The notes under the pieces were generated by a model. That model searched no databases and was not told the origin of the DNA. It saw only the letters and a program-made list of their open reading frames with translations. From NCBI GenBank assembly GCA_964624685.1, contig CAZUYA010000001.1:7744-71743 (forward strand): 64,000 bases of DNA. Reading direction: 5' to 3'. Made by a program: the position numbers and the translations under genes. This document shows, in pieces, positions 46,680 to 57,404 of the stretch; within the stretch, counting starts at the first letter, position 1, and every line of letters starts with the position of its first letter. This DNA is from an uncultured Ruminococcus sp. GTDB taxonomy: Bacteria > Bacillota > Clostridia > Oscillospirales > CAG-272.

Positions 46680-49600
46680 GTAAAAATTTACTGGAGATTT
46701 TCAATCGCTATCATCCGGACGCGGAGACCGCCGAGTTGTTACTCTCGGCGGATGCCGCCGGGATCACTTTGCGCGCCGATAAACCGCAAAGAGTGATCGA
46801 AGTGACGACACCGTTTCCGCGTGTCATTCCGAAACGGACGTTGTATCGAATCGAAGAAGAAATTCGCACGGTCTATGAGTTGAATGCCGTGCGAATCTGT
46901 CCGCGCTATGACGCGGCACTTTTTGACGTTGCGCAGATTCCCGATTTGTTGATGGAGACCAATCGGCGTGGAATCGTTGCCAACGGCTTTTTTAATCATT
47001 GTGAATATCATTTTGCAAACGGAGAATTGCTTGTGGAGATTCCGTTTTCCGACGGCGGTGTGGATTTGATTTATGATGCGCAAACGCCGCGGTTGATGGA
47101 ACGAATCATAAAAGAAGAGTTTTCGCTGACCGTTTCGGTCAAAATTGAAAGAATGAGAGATTTCGATTCGTCTGCCTTACAGAATCCGGTACGTGCTCGG
47201 TTGGAAGAAATGAGCCGTGCCGCGGCAAAAGCCGAAGTGCAATACCAAGCCGCACAGGAAACTCCCGCGTATGCGCGCGAAGAGGTTTCCGGTGAAGAAG
47301 AAAAAGAGCAGTTGCCTCGCGCCGCGTCCATCTATGACGGAGAGTGTGTCTGTGAGATCGAAAACGGGATCTGTAAGATTGGTTTTGCGACCTATGATAT
47401 TGCAGAACCGGAATTCGTTTTCGGTGATGAATTTGAGATTTGTCCCACTCCCATTTCCAAATTGGACAAGCCGCAACGGAATGTTGTCATTGTCGGAGAA
47501 GTATTTGGATTGACCAAAGAAGAAAGCCGCGGCGGTGAAAAATTTGATGTCAGTTTTGACATTTTTGACGGAAATGCTTCAATCGAACATCGTAGTTTTG
47601 GAATGGAGCCGGAGGATGCCGACCGTATTTGCGGCTTGATCGGAAACGGCACGGTGGTAGCCATGCGCGGGTATGTCAAAAAGGTAACACGCAAGGGAAA
47701 AGTGGATACGGATTTCACTTTTTACTACACGGATATTGCAAAAATTTCAAAGCTCAAACGGAAGGATACCGCTGAAAAAAAGCGTGTTGAGTTGCACTTG
47801 CATACAACCATGTCCACAATGGATGCTCTGATTGCACCGGATGTTGCGGTGAAGACTGCTTTGAAATGGGGAATGCCGGCTGTTGCCATTACCGACCACG
47901 GGAATGTGCAGGGCTTTCCGGATGCTATGTTGGCTTTGGAAAAAGCGGCACCGGAAGGCGGTTTTAAGGTTTTGTACGGAATCGAAGCGTATTTTGTCAA
48001 TAATACCGCCAGTGCCATTACGGGGCAATATGATCCGAATTTTCGCGCTGAATGTGTGGTTTTTGATATTGAAACCACGGGACTTTCGGTTCAAAATTGT
48101 AAAATCACGGAAATCGGTGCTGTCAAGATTCGGGACGGAAAAGTATTGGAGCGATTTAATACGTTTGTTGATCCGGAATGCTCGATTCCGCCGGAGATTG
48201 TCAAGTTGACCGGGATTACCGATGAAATGGTCGTCGGTGCACCGAAATATCCGGAGGCTTTGCAGTCCTTTTTCGATTTTATCGGTCATACCGCCGATGG
48301 CAAAACTTTGCCGTTGCTGATTGCGCACAATGCCAATTTTGACATCGGGTTCATTCGCCATTTTGCCAAAGAAGCAGGACTTCCGTTTGAAAATCCCTAT
48401 TTGGATACGGTTGCATTGTCACGGCACATCAACCCGGATTTGAAAAAACATACGCTGGATGCCATTGCCGAGGCATATCAGTTGGGTGACTTTAACCATC
48501 ATCGTGCCTGCGACGATGCCGAAATGTTGGCAATGATTTATTTTCGCATGATCGAATTGATGGAAAAATCCGAATTGCGTGATCTGAAAGCGTTGCAAAA
48601 AGAAATGACCGAAAAAGCTGATCCGCTGAAGCTGAAACCCTACCATCAAATTATTTTGGTACAGAATCAAGTAGGCTTGAAGAACCTCTACAAGCTGATT
48701 TCCATGAGTTATTTGGATTATTACAAAAGATTTCCTCGAATTCCGAAAACGGCGTTGGAAAAACATCGGGAAGGGTTGATCATCGGTTCTGCCTGTGAGG
48801 CAGGGGAGCTGTTCCGTGCCATTTTGGAAAATCGACCGGAGTCCGAAATTGAGGAGATTGTCAATTTTTATGATTATTTGGAGATTCAACCCATTTGTAA
48901 TAATCGCTTTTTGATTGCCGAAGGTTCGGTTGCCGATGATGAAGGGTTGCGCAATTTGAATCGACGAATTGTGGAATTGGGAGAAAAATATCATAAACCG
49001 GTTTGTGCAACCTGTGATGCACATTTTCTGAATAAAGAAGATGAATTATATCGAAAAATCCTGTTGGCAGGACAAAAGTTTAAGGACTTTGACAAAGATG
49101 TTGGAATCTATTTCCGAACAACCGATGAGATGTTGGAGGAATTTTCTTATCTCGGTGCCGAAAAAGCATACGAGGTAGTGGTGGAAAATACCAATTTCAT
49201 TGCAGATCGCATTGAGCCTGTGCGTCCGATTCCAAAAGGAAACTACACACCGGAAATGGAAGGTGCCGAGCAGGAGTTGCAGGATATGTGTTGGGAAAGG
49301 GCAAAACGGATGTACGGTGATCCTCTTCCGGAATTGGTTTCCGCCCGCTTGGAAAAAGAATTGACTTCCATTATCAAAAACGGATTTGCTGTTTTGTATT
49401 TGATTGCCCAAAGATTGGTACATTACAGCGAAGAGCAGGGGTATCTTGTCGGATCGCGTGGTTCGGTCGGTTCTTCCTTTGTTGCCACGATGGCCGGAAT
49501 TTCCGAGGTTAATCCGTTGCCGCCTCACTATTATTGTCCCAATCCTGCGTGCAAGCACAACGAGTTTTTTACAGACGGTTCGGTCGGATCCGGTTTTGAT

Positions 49601-51127
49601 CTGCCGGATAAGATGTGTCCGAAGTGCGGAACTAAATACAAAGCCGACGGACACGATATTATGTTTGAGACTTTTCTTGGATTTTACGGCGATAAATCCC
49701 CTGATATTGATTTGAATTTTTCGGGAGATGTTCAGGGGCGCGTACATAAATATACCGAGGAATTGTTTGGTGAGGGACACGTTTTCCGTGCGGGAACTTT
49801 GGGGACGTTGGCTGATAAAACGGCATATGGTTATGTGGCGAAATATGTGGAGCAAAAGGGGATCAGTCTGCCTCGTGCCGAAATGAATCGCTTGGTCATG
49901 AACTGTGTCGGTGTCAAGAAAACGACCGGGCAGCATCCCGGCGGGATCATCGTTGTACCACAGAAATATGACGTTTATGATTTTACACCGGTTCAACATC
50001 CGGCAGATGATCCAAATTCCGATATTATTACCACGCACTTTGCGTTTTCCTATTTACACGATACAATTTTGAAGTTGGACGAGCTCGGACATGATATGCC
50101 AACAAAATATAAGTGGTTGGAGACTTTTACCAATACATCCGTGTTGGATGTTGCGATGAATGATCGTTCCGTTTACGAATTGTTTGAATCGACGGCACCT
50201 CTCGGAATCCGTCCGGAAGATATTGAAGGATGTACCATCGGTACTTACGGTCTGCCGGAACTGGGAACGCCTTTCATCCAACAAGTATTGCTGGATGCAA
50301 AACCGCGAAATTTTGCCGACTTGTTACAGATTTCCGGTTTGACGCATGGAACCAATGTGTGGTTGGGCAACGCACAAGACCTGATTAAGGAAGGAATTTG
50401 TGATATTTCACGTGTCATCGGAACCCGTGACGGTATCATGTTGGATATGATTCGTTACGGATTGGAAAATGCGATGGCTTTCAAGATTATGGAAGCAGTC
50501 CGAAAAGGAAAGGGATTGACACCGGAATGGGAAGAAGCAATGCGTTCGCACGGTGTACCGGAATGGTATATTCTTTCCTGTAAAAAAATCAAGTATCTTT
50601 TCCCAAAAGCGCATGCAGCAGCTTATGTCATGTCGGCGATCCGCTTGGCATGGTATAAAGTTCACAAACCGGTCGAGTTCTATTGCACCATGTTTACGGT
50701 TGCTCCGAACGGATTTGATGCGCAGATCGTTATGGGCGGTAAAAGTCATGTGGTGGCGGTGATGCGGGACATTCAAAAGCGCGGCAAAGAAGCGTCTCCC
50801 AAAGAACAGGCAAGTGTGACGGTTCTGCAACTCATCAATGAGGCGATGGCACGCGGCATTCGTTTTTTGCCCGTCGATTTGCAAAAGTCTCATTCCTATG
50901 CCTTTTTGCCGGAGGACGGTGCCATCCGTATGCCGTTTTCTTCTTTGCCGGGACTCGGTGAAAATGCGGCGCAAAATATTATCCGTGCGCGGGAAGAGGA
51001 ACCGTTCTTTTCGGTGGAAGATCTGCAAATTCGAGCCAAGATCAGTAAAGCGATCATCGAAATGCTTCGTCATAACGGTGTGTTGGATCATATCAGCGAA
51101 ACAGATCAATTGACAATCACTTTTTAA
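46676..51127 (+). CDS. polC: PolC-type DNA polymerase III alpha subunit
   Basis: 1483 aa. PHP region ELHLHTTMS, an inserted DEDDh exonuclease (VVFDIETTGL...HNANFDIGF), the zinc module CPNPACKH...CPKCG, and the polymerase core. Confidence 0.98.
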   Translation: MSKNLLEIFNRYHPDAETAELLLSADAAGITLRADKPQRVIEVTTPFPRVIPKRTLYRIEEEIRTVYELNAVRICPRYDAALFDVAQIPDLLMETNRRGIVANGFFNHCEYHFANGELLVEIPFSDGGVDLIYDAQTPRLMERIIKEEFSLTVSVKIERMRDFDSSALQNPVRARLEEMSRAAAKAEVQYQAAQETPAYAREEVSGEEEKEQLPRAASIYDGECVCEIENGICKIGFATYDIAEPEFVFGDEFEICPTPISKLDKPQRNVVIVGEVFGLTKEESRGGEKFDVSFDIFDGNASIEHRSFGMEPEDADRICGLIGNGTVVAMRGYVKKVTRKGKVDTDFTFYYTDIAKISKLKRKDTAEKKRVELHLHTTMSTMDALIAPDVAVKTALKWGMPAVAITDHGNVQGFPDAMLALEKAAPEGGFKVLYGIEAYFVNNTASAITGQYDPNFRAECVVFDIETTGLSVQNCKITEIGAVKIRDGKVLERFNTFVDPECSIPPEIVKLTGITDEMVVGAPKYPEALQSFFDFIGHTADGKTLPLLIAHNANFDIGFIRHFAKEAGLPFENPYLDTVALSRHINPDLKKHTLDAIAEAYQLGDFNHHRACDDAEMLAMIYFRMIELMEKSELRDLKALQKEMTEKADPLKLKPYHQIILVQNQVGLKNLYKLISMSYLDYYKRFPRIPKTALEKHREGLIIGSACEAGELFRAILENRPESEIEEIVNFYDYLEIQPICNNRFLIAEGSVADDEGLRNLNRRIVELGEKYHKPVCATCDAHFLNKEDELYRKILLAGQKFKDFDKDVGIYFRTTDEMLEEFSYLGAEKAYEVVVENTNFIADRIEPVRPIPKGNYTPEMEGAEQELQDMCWERAKRMYGDPLPELVSARLEKELTSIIKNGFAVLYLIAQRLVHYSEEQGYLVGSRGSVGSSFVATMAGISEVNPLPPHYYCPNPACKHNEFFTDGSVGSGFDLPDKMCPKCGTKYKADGHDIMFETFLGFYGDKSPDIDLNFSGDVQGRVHKYTEELFGEGHVFRAGTLGTLADKTAYGYVAKYVEQKGISLPRAEMNRLVMNCVGVKKTTGQHPGGIIVVPQKYDVYDFTPVQHPADDPNSDIITTHFAFSYLHDTILKLDELGHDMPTKYKWLETFTNTSVLDVAMNDRSVYELFESTAPLGIRPEDIEGCTIGTYGLPELGTPFIQQVLLDAKPRNFADLLQISGLTHGTNVWLGNAQDLIKEGICDISRVIGTRDGIMLDMIRYGLENAMAFKIMEAVRKGKGLTPEWEEAMRSHGVPEWYILSCKKIKYLFPKAHAAAYVMSAIRLAWYKVHKPVEFYCTMFTVAPNGFDAQIVMGGKSHVVAVMRDIQKRGKEASPKEQASVTVLQLINEAMARGIRFLPVDLQKSHSYAFLPEDGAIRMPFSSLPGLGENAAQNIIRAREEEPFFSVEDLQIRAKISKAIIEMLRHNGVLDHISETDQLTITF

Positions 51128-51167
51128 GCAACACGCAAGTGTGCTGGAAAAATGTTCGACGAACAGC

Positions 51168-51206
51168 AAAAAAGCCAAGGTCTTATGAACGACCTTGGCT
51201 TTTTTG
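51168..51206. terminator. Bidirectional terminator between polC and mecA
   Basis: Stem aaaaagccaaggtc pairs with gaccttggcttttt, flanked by A and T runs. Confidence 0.85.
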
Positions 51207-51225
51207 CTGTTCCGGTTGTTGCAGG

Positions 51226-51855
51226 TCATTTGAGTGTGCCGAGCAGTCGGATTGCGTTGTCGCGACAAATGGTTTTGCCGTGTTCGCTGATGTAAAGCTT
51301 GAGAAACAGGGGATCTGCCATATGACCGTATTCGGCGATAAAGTCCAATTCTTTCGGCATGGTGAACGGAGAGTCTGTGGATATGTTCAATAATAGATAC
51401 CAGTTGTTGCGGTGATCTCGGAAGGCACTTCCGATGCCTTTGTAATCGGTTCTGTCGAGCCGTTGGCAAACTTTCAACAAGTGATCGAGTTGCTCAAATC
51501 GGTAAGCATATTCACGGTGAAATCCGCCGGTCGTTTCGGATGGATGCCGTTGTAAGGCTTTCCCTTCAAAAGCATTTGCAATCGCTTCCTGTGCGCTTGC
51601 GTCTTTTGCGGCAGCGATGGAGCTGATGAACATTTCACAGCCTCCCTCCCGCGACGGGAAATATTGTACCGTGAGGTGATTGTCATCGGTCTCAAATCCG
51701 GTTTGTTTTTTGATTTCCTCCAAAAGCAGTCGAAAGGCACGGTGCATTTCGGCACTGTCCTCTCCAACGGTGTCGAGGTTCAGTTCAAAGTGGCGCATAT
51801 CCTTCGGAGTCAGCATGATCTTCAATTTGCGGTCGCTGATGCGAATCAGTTCCAT
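51226..51855 (-). CDS. mecA: Adaptor protein MecA (ClpC adaptor)
   Basis: N-terminus MELIRISDRKLKIMLTPKDM; the C-terminal FIAEYGHM...SEHGKTICRDNAIRLL pattern is typical of MecA. AAAGGAGTG RBS. Confidence 0.75.
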   Translation of the reverse strand: MELIRISDRKLKIMLTPKDMRHFELNLDTVGEDSAEMHRAFRLLLEEIKKQTGFETDDNHLTVQYFPSREGGCEMFISSIAAAKDASAQEAIANAFEGKALQRHPSETTGGFHREYAYRFEQLDHLLKVCQRLDRTDYKGIGSAFRDHRNNWYLLLNISTDSPFTMPKELDFIAEYGHMADPLFLKLYISEHGKTICRDNAIRLLGTLK

Positions 51856-51972
51856 GCAAGGTCACTCCTTTCGGTAAGTTTGACGATTTGATGGTCGTCT
51901 CTTATCTATATTATAATCCGATCGAGCGAAAAAGGGAACCCCTAAATTTTTGGTAATTTGTTTCCCATGTGA

Positions 51973-52001
51973 TTGACAACCTGTTCTTTTTATGCTAAAA
52001 T
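51973..52001 (+). promoter_or_regulatory. Sigma-A promoter of the PHP gene
   Basis: TTGACA (51973-51978), a 17-nt spacer, then TGcTAAAAT (-10 at 51996-52001). Confidence 0.6.
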
Positions 52002-52053
52002 ATGTGTAGCCAGAATCATCTGAGCAATCATGTATATTTTGTGAGGTGTGTTT

Positions 52054-53058
52054 ATGAAAAAAATATTATTGGATGCTGCAAAACCGTTTTATAAGGCAAA
52101 TCTTCATTGTCATTCGACTTTTTCCGACGGTGCCAAAACTCCGGAGGAATTAAAGCAAATGTACATGGAGCATGGGTATTCCGTGATTGCTTATACCGAT
52201 CATGATGTATTCATCGGTCACAATGAGTTGTCGGACGATCATTTTTTGGCACTCAATGGTTTTGAGATCGAGATCGACGAAGCGGGCAAACCGTGGGCGG
52301 AAGCAAAAACTTGTCACATCTGCTTAGTTGCTTTGGAACCGGACAATCTGAATATTGTTTGCTATCATCGTACCAAATATATCACCGGGAGCAATTCTGT
52401 CTATCGCCCCTTGATTCGGGTGGAGGAAACACAACCGGATTTTGAAAGAATCTATACGCCGGATTGTATCAATACCGTTTTTGCGGAGGGAAGAAAGCAC
52501 GGATTTTTTGTGACGTATAACCACCCGGCATGGTCGATGGAGACCTTGGAACAATACGGTGCCTATCACGGAATGAATGCCATGGAAATCTGCAATTACG
52601 GATGTGTGGAATCCGGATATCCGGATTATAACGAAAAAGAATATGATGAGATGTTGCGTGGGGGCGAAAAAATCTTTTGTATTGCCACGGATGACAATCA
52701 TAATCGCAGACAGGATTCCTTCGGCGGATTTACCATGATCAATGCGGATCGGTTGGAGTATCGCACAATTACATCGGCGTTGGAAGCGGGAACTTTTTAT
52801 GCGTCGCAAGGACCGGAGATCTATGAGCTTTGGTATGAAGACGGAAAAATCGGAATCAAATGTTCGGATGCGGTATCCGTTGCGTTGAATACGGGAGTCA
52901 GAAGGACGGGAATTGCGTATGCAACGGAGAAGAACGCATTGAACGAGGCAGTCTTTGATGTAAAGGATACGGATGGTTATGTTCGTTTGACCGTTACGGA
53001 CGCGTCCGGAAAGCATGCCAATACCAATGCATATTTTTTGGAAGATTTGATGAAATAA
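52054..53058 (+). CDS. PHP domain metal-dependent phosphoesterase
   Basis: N-terminal HCHSTFSDG and AYTDHD motifs. About 334 aa. Confidence 0.8.
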   Translation: MKKILLDAAKPFYKANLHCHSTFSDGAKTPEELKQMYMEHGYSVIAYTDHDVFIGHNELSDDHFLALNGFEIEIDEAGKPWAEAKTCHICLVALEPDNLNIVCYHRTKYITGSNSVYRPLIRVEETQPDFERIYTPDCINTVFAEGRKHGFFVTYNHPAWSMETLEQYGAYHGMNAMEICNYGCVESGYPDYNEKEYDEMLRGGEKIFCIATDDNHNRRQDSFGGFTMINADRLEYRTITSALEAGTFYASQGPEIYELWYEDGKIGIKCSDAVSVALNTGVRRTGIAYATEKNALNEAVFDVKDTDGYVRLTVTDASGKHANTNAYFLEDLMK

Positions 53059-53115
53059 GCAAAAGGCGATCGATGCGCCGATACCATCGGAAAGATGTCG
53101 AGGAGACAGATTATT

Positions 53116-54603
53116 ATGATACCATTGACGACTGTTGCCATGATGCGCGCTGCCGATGCGGCAACCATTGCGGGCGGTATTCCCGGACGGGAACTGATGC
53201 GGCGAGCGGCGCGTGGCATTTTTGAAAATTACCCATGGAAGGGGAAAACAGCCATTGTATGCGGAAGCGGAAACAATGCGGGGGATGGATATGCGTTGGC
53301 ACTTTGCTTGCGGTTTGCCGGAATTGCTTGTGATCTGATTTTGTTGGAAGATCGTTTTTCGGAAGACGGGGCATATTATTATGCTCAATGTACAGAGCAT
53401 GGAATTCGCAGCATTTCGTATCATACGCCGTTTGATTTTTCGGAATATGAGGAGATCGTGGATTGTATTTTCGGAACCGGTTTTTCCGGAACGGTACAAA
53501 GAATTGCCGCCGAAGCCATCCGTGACATCAATCGAAGCGGAAAACATGTGATCTCTGCCGACATAAACAGTGGATTGAACGGTGATAACGGATTGGGAAC
53601 GCTTTGTGTTCGTTCCGATCTGACCGTTGCGATCGGTTGCTGTAAGACGGGACACTTTTTGAACGGGGCAAAGGATGCCATTGGATCGGTACATGCGGTG
53701 GATATCGGAATTTCGGTTCCGGACAGCAATATTTATTTGATGACCGGTCAAGATTTTCGCGGAATTTTTCCAAAGCGCGCACAGCTGTCCCACAAAGGCG
53801 ATTACGGTTATGTGACCGTTTTGGGGGGCAGTGCGGAATATTCCGGCGCGGTCAAGCTTGCCAATCTGAGTGCGTCGGCACTTCGAGCGGGATGCGGTGT
53901 GGCACAGTTGGCTGTTCCGCAATCAATCGCAAATGCGGTTGCACCGTATTTGCTGGAAAGTACGCTTTTGCCGATTCCATCCGATGAAAGCGGACATATG
54001 TGCTATTGTCCGGACTGTTTGGATGCGATTTTGGCACACCGAGCCGCGCTTGCGGTCGGAATGGGATGGGGACACGGTGCAGAACATGCAAAAATTTTAT
54101 CCCATATTCTGAAAAACGGTTCGCTTCAAGTGGTGATCGATGCCGACGGTTTGAACACCCTGTCCGAAATGGGAACGGAGATCCTTTCGCAAACCAACTG
54201 CCGTGTCGTTTTGACGCCGCATTTGAAAGAATTTGAACGTCTTTCCGGTGTTCCGATGTCCGAGATCCTTTCGGATCCCATTCAACATGCGAAGGCATTT
54301 GCAAAGCAACACGGGATTTGTTTGTTATTAAAGGGGAGTTGCACAGTCGTGACGGATGGAGAGCTTGTGTATTTGGTCAATTGCGGTTGTGCGGGAATGG
54401 CGACTGCCGGAAGCGGCGATGTTTTGTCCGGAATTTTGGTGGGACTGTTAGGTTATTTGCCACTTTCACCGTTGACTGTTGCGTGCGGTGCCTATTTGGC
54501 AGGACGTGCGGGAGAATTGGCAGAGAAGGATTTGAATCCGGTCAGTATGCTTGCTTCGGATACGGTGTCGCACATTACACAGGCAGTCGGAGAACTTCTG
54601 TAA
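53116..54603 (+). CDS. nnr: Bifunctional NAD(P)H-hydrate epimerase / ADP-dependent dehydratase (YjeF, Nnr)
   Basis: The N-terminal YjeF_N domain has CGSGNNAGDGY. The C-terminal carbohydrate-kinase domain has HKGDYG and GMATAGSGDVLSG. ATG 53116 has an AGGAGA RBS. Confidence 0.9.
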   Translation: MIPLTTVAMMRAADAATIAGGIPGRELMRRAARGIFENYPWKGKTAIVCGSGNNAGDGYALALCLRFAGIACDLILLEDRFSEDGAYYYAQCTEHGIRSISYHTPFDFSEYEEIVDCIFGTGFSGTVQRIAAEAIRDINRSGKHVISADINSGLNGDNGLGTLCVRSDLTVAIGCCKTGHFLNGAKDAIGSVHAVDIGISVPDSNIYLMTGQDFRGIFPKRAQLSHKGDYGYVTVLGGSAEYSGAVKLANLSASALRAGCGVAQLAVPQSIANAVAPYLLESTLLPIPSDESGHMCYCPDCLDAILAHRAALAVGMGWGHGAEHAKILSHILKNGSLQVVIDADGLNTLSEMGTEILSQTNCRVVLTPHLKEFERLSGVPMSEILSDPIQHAKAFAKQHGICLLLKGSCTVVTDGELVYLVNCGCAGMATAGSGDVLSGILVGLLGYLPLSPLTVACGAYLAGRAGELAEKDLNPVSMLASDTVSHITQAVGELL

Positions 54604-54688
54604 AGTGTTTTTGGATTGTCCAATATTTCAAAAATGTATATTATGACAGAAAAGTGAAAAAATATTTTGCAAATTTGTCATTTTTGCA

Positions 54689-54717
54689 TTGACAAACGCA
54701 TTTGAATATGGTAGAAT
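54689..54717 (+). promoter_or_regulatory. Sigma-A promoter of the GH31 gene
   Basis: TTGACA (54689-54694), a 17-nt spacer, then TGgTAGAAT (-10 at 54712-54717). This lies inside the ORF-track model and argues for the ATG 54798 start. Confidence 0.65.
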
Positions 54718-54797
54718 ATGGGCAAGCAAGAAAAATCTTGCCGGAATCCCCACAGGTTTGGGGAAATACAGATGAATATAAAAGGAACAATTCAGTC

Positions 54798-57215
54798 ATG
54801 GAAAAAAGAACTTGTAAGAGAGCGTGCAAGACCGAAGAGATTACGGTCTGTGCGAATGCTGCAGTGAAGAATGTTCTTCAATCCGCAAAGGCATTATATT
54901 TTGATAATGCAGATGGCATTTCCTTCCGTTTGACATTTGAGGGAATCAACGGATGGAGATTATTGACCTCCAAGGACGGTCAATGTTTTGATGAGAAAGG
55001 TGCATCTCAGGCTCTTGCATATTTTATGGGTGAGGAGATCAAGGATTGCGCGCAAAAAATCACCGTAGAGGCAGATAAAAATGCCGTGATCGCGACCGCA
55101 AAGAACGGAACGAGTGCGATCCTTTCTTTCGGAAAGACGTTCTCTTTGAAGTTTTGCTCTGCCGATGGCAAGACAATTACCGAGTTGACGTCTGTCGGTT
55201 ATGATGAAGCCGGCGAACTGTTAATGAAGGGAACTCTGATTGAGAATGAAGCAATTTACGGCGGTGGTGAACGCTTGGATGTTGATAACAAGCGCGGAAC
55301 CGCATTTGACCTTTATACATGTGACGGTTGGAACAACTCTTCTACCACATATGTTGTTCTTCCCGTATTTTTGACGACGCGCGGCGGTGGTATGTTTATT
55401 AACCGTAACGAAGCGGCATATGTCGATTTCGGTAAAGAAGCGAGCGATACGTGGGTATATACACTCCGCAACGGTGATATGGATTGCTATTTCTATCCGA
55501 CGGGAAGTATGGCAGACGTATTGCGCGGCTACACCGAATTGAGCGGTCATGCTTACATGCCGACTCCTTGGATGCAGGGCATGCACATTTGTCGTTACGG
55601 TCCCGATTATTCTTGCTTTGATAAGGATATGAGTTATGAGACCTTTGAGCAGATTGCCGATTGGAATAAGACCTTTGTTGAAGTTGATGGCAAGTACGTA
55701 CCTTATACCGAGTTGGATGCCGATGCAAAAGCGGCGGCAAGACGTTTCTATCTCTTGAATGAGACCAACGGCAACTATGATTTGGCATATGTGAAAAATG
55801 ATGCCGGAAAATATTTCAAGCGCGGTCCGAAGGGCAACCCCGGCGGAGAGAGTTGCAAAACGATCATGACAAATTTGATCAATGCCGATATGAAACCGGA
55901 TGCTGCAAGTATGGAAGCACGCGGTTGGTCTGCTTGCTTCAGAAATACTGATGATGCTCGTGCCAACAAGGAAGATTTGAAGAAGTCCGTTGCGTGGTTG
56001 CATGCACATGGCATCAAAGCGATGGTCTACATTCGTGTGGGCGGCGTGGATGCCGGCGACATCGGCTTTAAGGATGAATATAAAGTTCATGCCGATGTGG
56101 AGATCACCAATCCGGACGGTACGGTTACGGTACGGGAAAACACCGTTGCCATTCCGTGGATTTTGGGAACAGGCGATAACCCCGACTGCGGGCGTACCCG
56201 CGACGGAAGCATTCGTACCGGTGACTATTTGGATATTACCAATGATGAAGCGGTGGAATGGTATTTTGACAAGATTTGGGGTGAAATGATCGACATCGGT
56301 ATTGACGGTGTGAAAATCGACTTCTGTGAGTGTATGCCGGACGGTGAAAAACAGGTTGGAATCACCAAGACGCATTATAAATGGAAGAATCCGGACAGAA
56401 TCGTAACCGGAACGGAGCACCATGCTTATGCTCCTTACTTCATTTCCGCATTCTATAAGAGAATGGTAGAGTTGAAAGCTGCCAAAGGCTTGAAAGATGG
56501 CTTTATGGTATTCACTCGCGGTGGCGGTATCGGTTCTCAACGGAACCCCTATATGTGGTCTGGTGACCAGGCACGCGATTTTGCAAAGTTGGATGACCAA
56601 CTTTTGGCGACGGTTAACTGCGGACTTTCCGGTTTGCCGTATATGTCTTTCGATATGGCAGGATACTCCTATTGCGGAAACAACTATTTTACGATCGGTT
56701 TGGAAAAAGAATCCGAAATTTTTGCACGCGCCGTGGAATTTACCGCGTTCTTAACGCAAATGCAAACGCACGGTGACGTTCGTCACGCATATGAAATGAC
56801 GGAAAAAACACAGGCGATTTACCGCAACTTTACACGGTTGCACACGGAATTGATTCCGTACATGCAGAAGTATTCCAAGATTGCATGTGAGACCGGTATG
56901 CCTCCTGTACGTCACTTGGTTCTCAAATATATGGAGGATATTCACGTACACGATCGTATCGATGAGTTTATGTTGGGTGACGGTTTGCTGGTTGCACCGA
57001 TTTTGAGTGCCGATACTTTCGAAAGAGATGTTTACCTGCCGGCGGGTAGCTGGACGGATTTGCTCACGGGCAAGGTACTGAAAGGTGGTCAAACGGTCAA
57101 AGCAAAAGCAAATCTCGGACAGATCCCCGTGTATTTGAACAACGATTCCGCTGATATTGCAGAATTGCTTCCCATCTTTGAAGGACAAAACTGGAACGAA
57201 ATCAAGAACTTTTAA
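54798..57215 (+). CDS. Glycoside hydrolase family 31 (alpha-glucosidase/alpha-xylosidase type), cytoplasmic
   Basis: Nucleophile region GVKIDFCE and acid/base region WSGDQ, plus YGGGER. No signal peptide. Confidence 0.82.
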   Translation: MEKRTCKRACKTEEITVCANAAVKNVLQSAKALYFDNADGISFRLTFEGINGWRLLTSKDGQCFDEKGASQALAYFMGEEIKDCAQKITVEADKNAVIATAKNGTSAILSFGKTFSLKFCSADGKTITELTSVGYDEAGELLMKGTLIENEAIYGGGERLDVDNKRGTAFDLYTCDGWNNSSTTYVVLPVFLTTRGGGMFINRNEAAYVDFGKEASDTWVYTLRNGDMDCYFYPTGSMADVLRGYTELSGHAYMPTPWMQGMHICRYGPDYSCFDKDMSYETFEQIADWNKTFVEVDGKYVPYTELDADAKAAARRFYLLNETNGNYDLAYVKNDAGKYFKRGPKGNPGGESCKTIMTNLINADMKPDAASMEARGWSACFRNTDDARANKEDLKKSVAWLHAHGIKAMVYIRVGGVDAGDIGFKDEYKVHADVEITNPDGTVTVRENTVAIPWILGTGDNPDCGRTRDGSIRTGDYLDITNDEAVEWYFDKIWGEMIDIGIDGVKIDFCECMPDGEKQVGITKTHYKWKNPDRIVTGTEHHAYAPYFISAFYKRMVELKAAKGLKDGFMVFTRGGGIGSQRNPYMWSGDQARDFAKLDDQLLATVNCGLSGLPYMSFDMAGYSYCGNNYFTIGLEKESEIFARAVEFTAFLTQMQTHGDVRHAYEMTEKTQAIYRNFTRLHTELIPYMQKYSKIACETGMPPVRHLVLKYMEDIHVHDRIDEFMLGDGLLVAPILSADTFERDVYLPAGSWTDLLTGKVLKGGQTVKAKANLGQIPVYLNNDSADIAELLPIFEGQNWNEIKNF

Positions 57216-57224
57216 TGGATCAAA

Positions 57225-57252
57225 GGGAGTCTCAAATGAGGCTCCCTTTTTT
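57225..57252 (+). terminator. Rho-independent terminator after the GH31 gene
   Basis: Stem gggagtctc/gaggctccc followed by T6. Confidence 0.8.
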
Positions 57253-57404
57253 GACTTTCAGACACGCTTTTGTTATAAGCTTGCAAATTTTTTGAACGGT
57301 TTTTGCCGAAACCTCTTTACAATCGGAGGTTTTTGTGATAGAATGTATTATTATATTATTATACTGTACGGTTTCGGATGTTTGGAACAGGAGGGAAGAG
57401 CTGC

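Noticed and set aside
49046-51469. Minus-strand ORFs of 330 aa and 353 aa inside polC, together with the 459-aa ORF at 55221-56600 inside the GH31 gene, the 215-aa ORF at 62971-63618 inside asnS, the 234-aa ORF at 28470-29174 and the 232-aa ORF at 32456-33154
   Set aside because: All are antisense to confidently identified genes, and none has features of its own.
52324-53922. 532-aa ORF on the minus strand spanning two + strand genes
   Set aside because: It runs antisense across the PHP and nnr genes and across their intergenic region. It has no RBS or motif support, while both + strand genes have clear family motifs.
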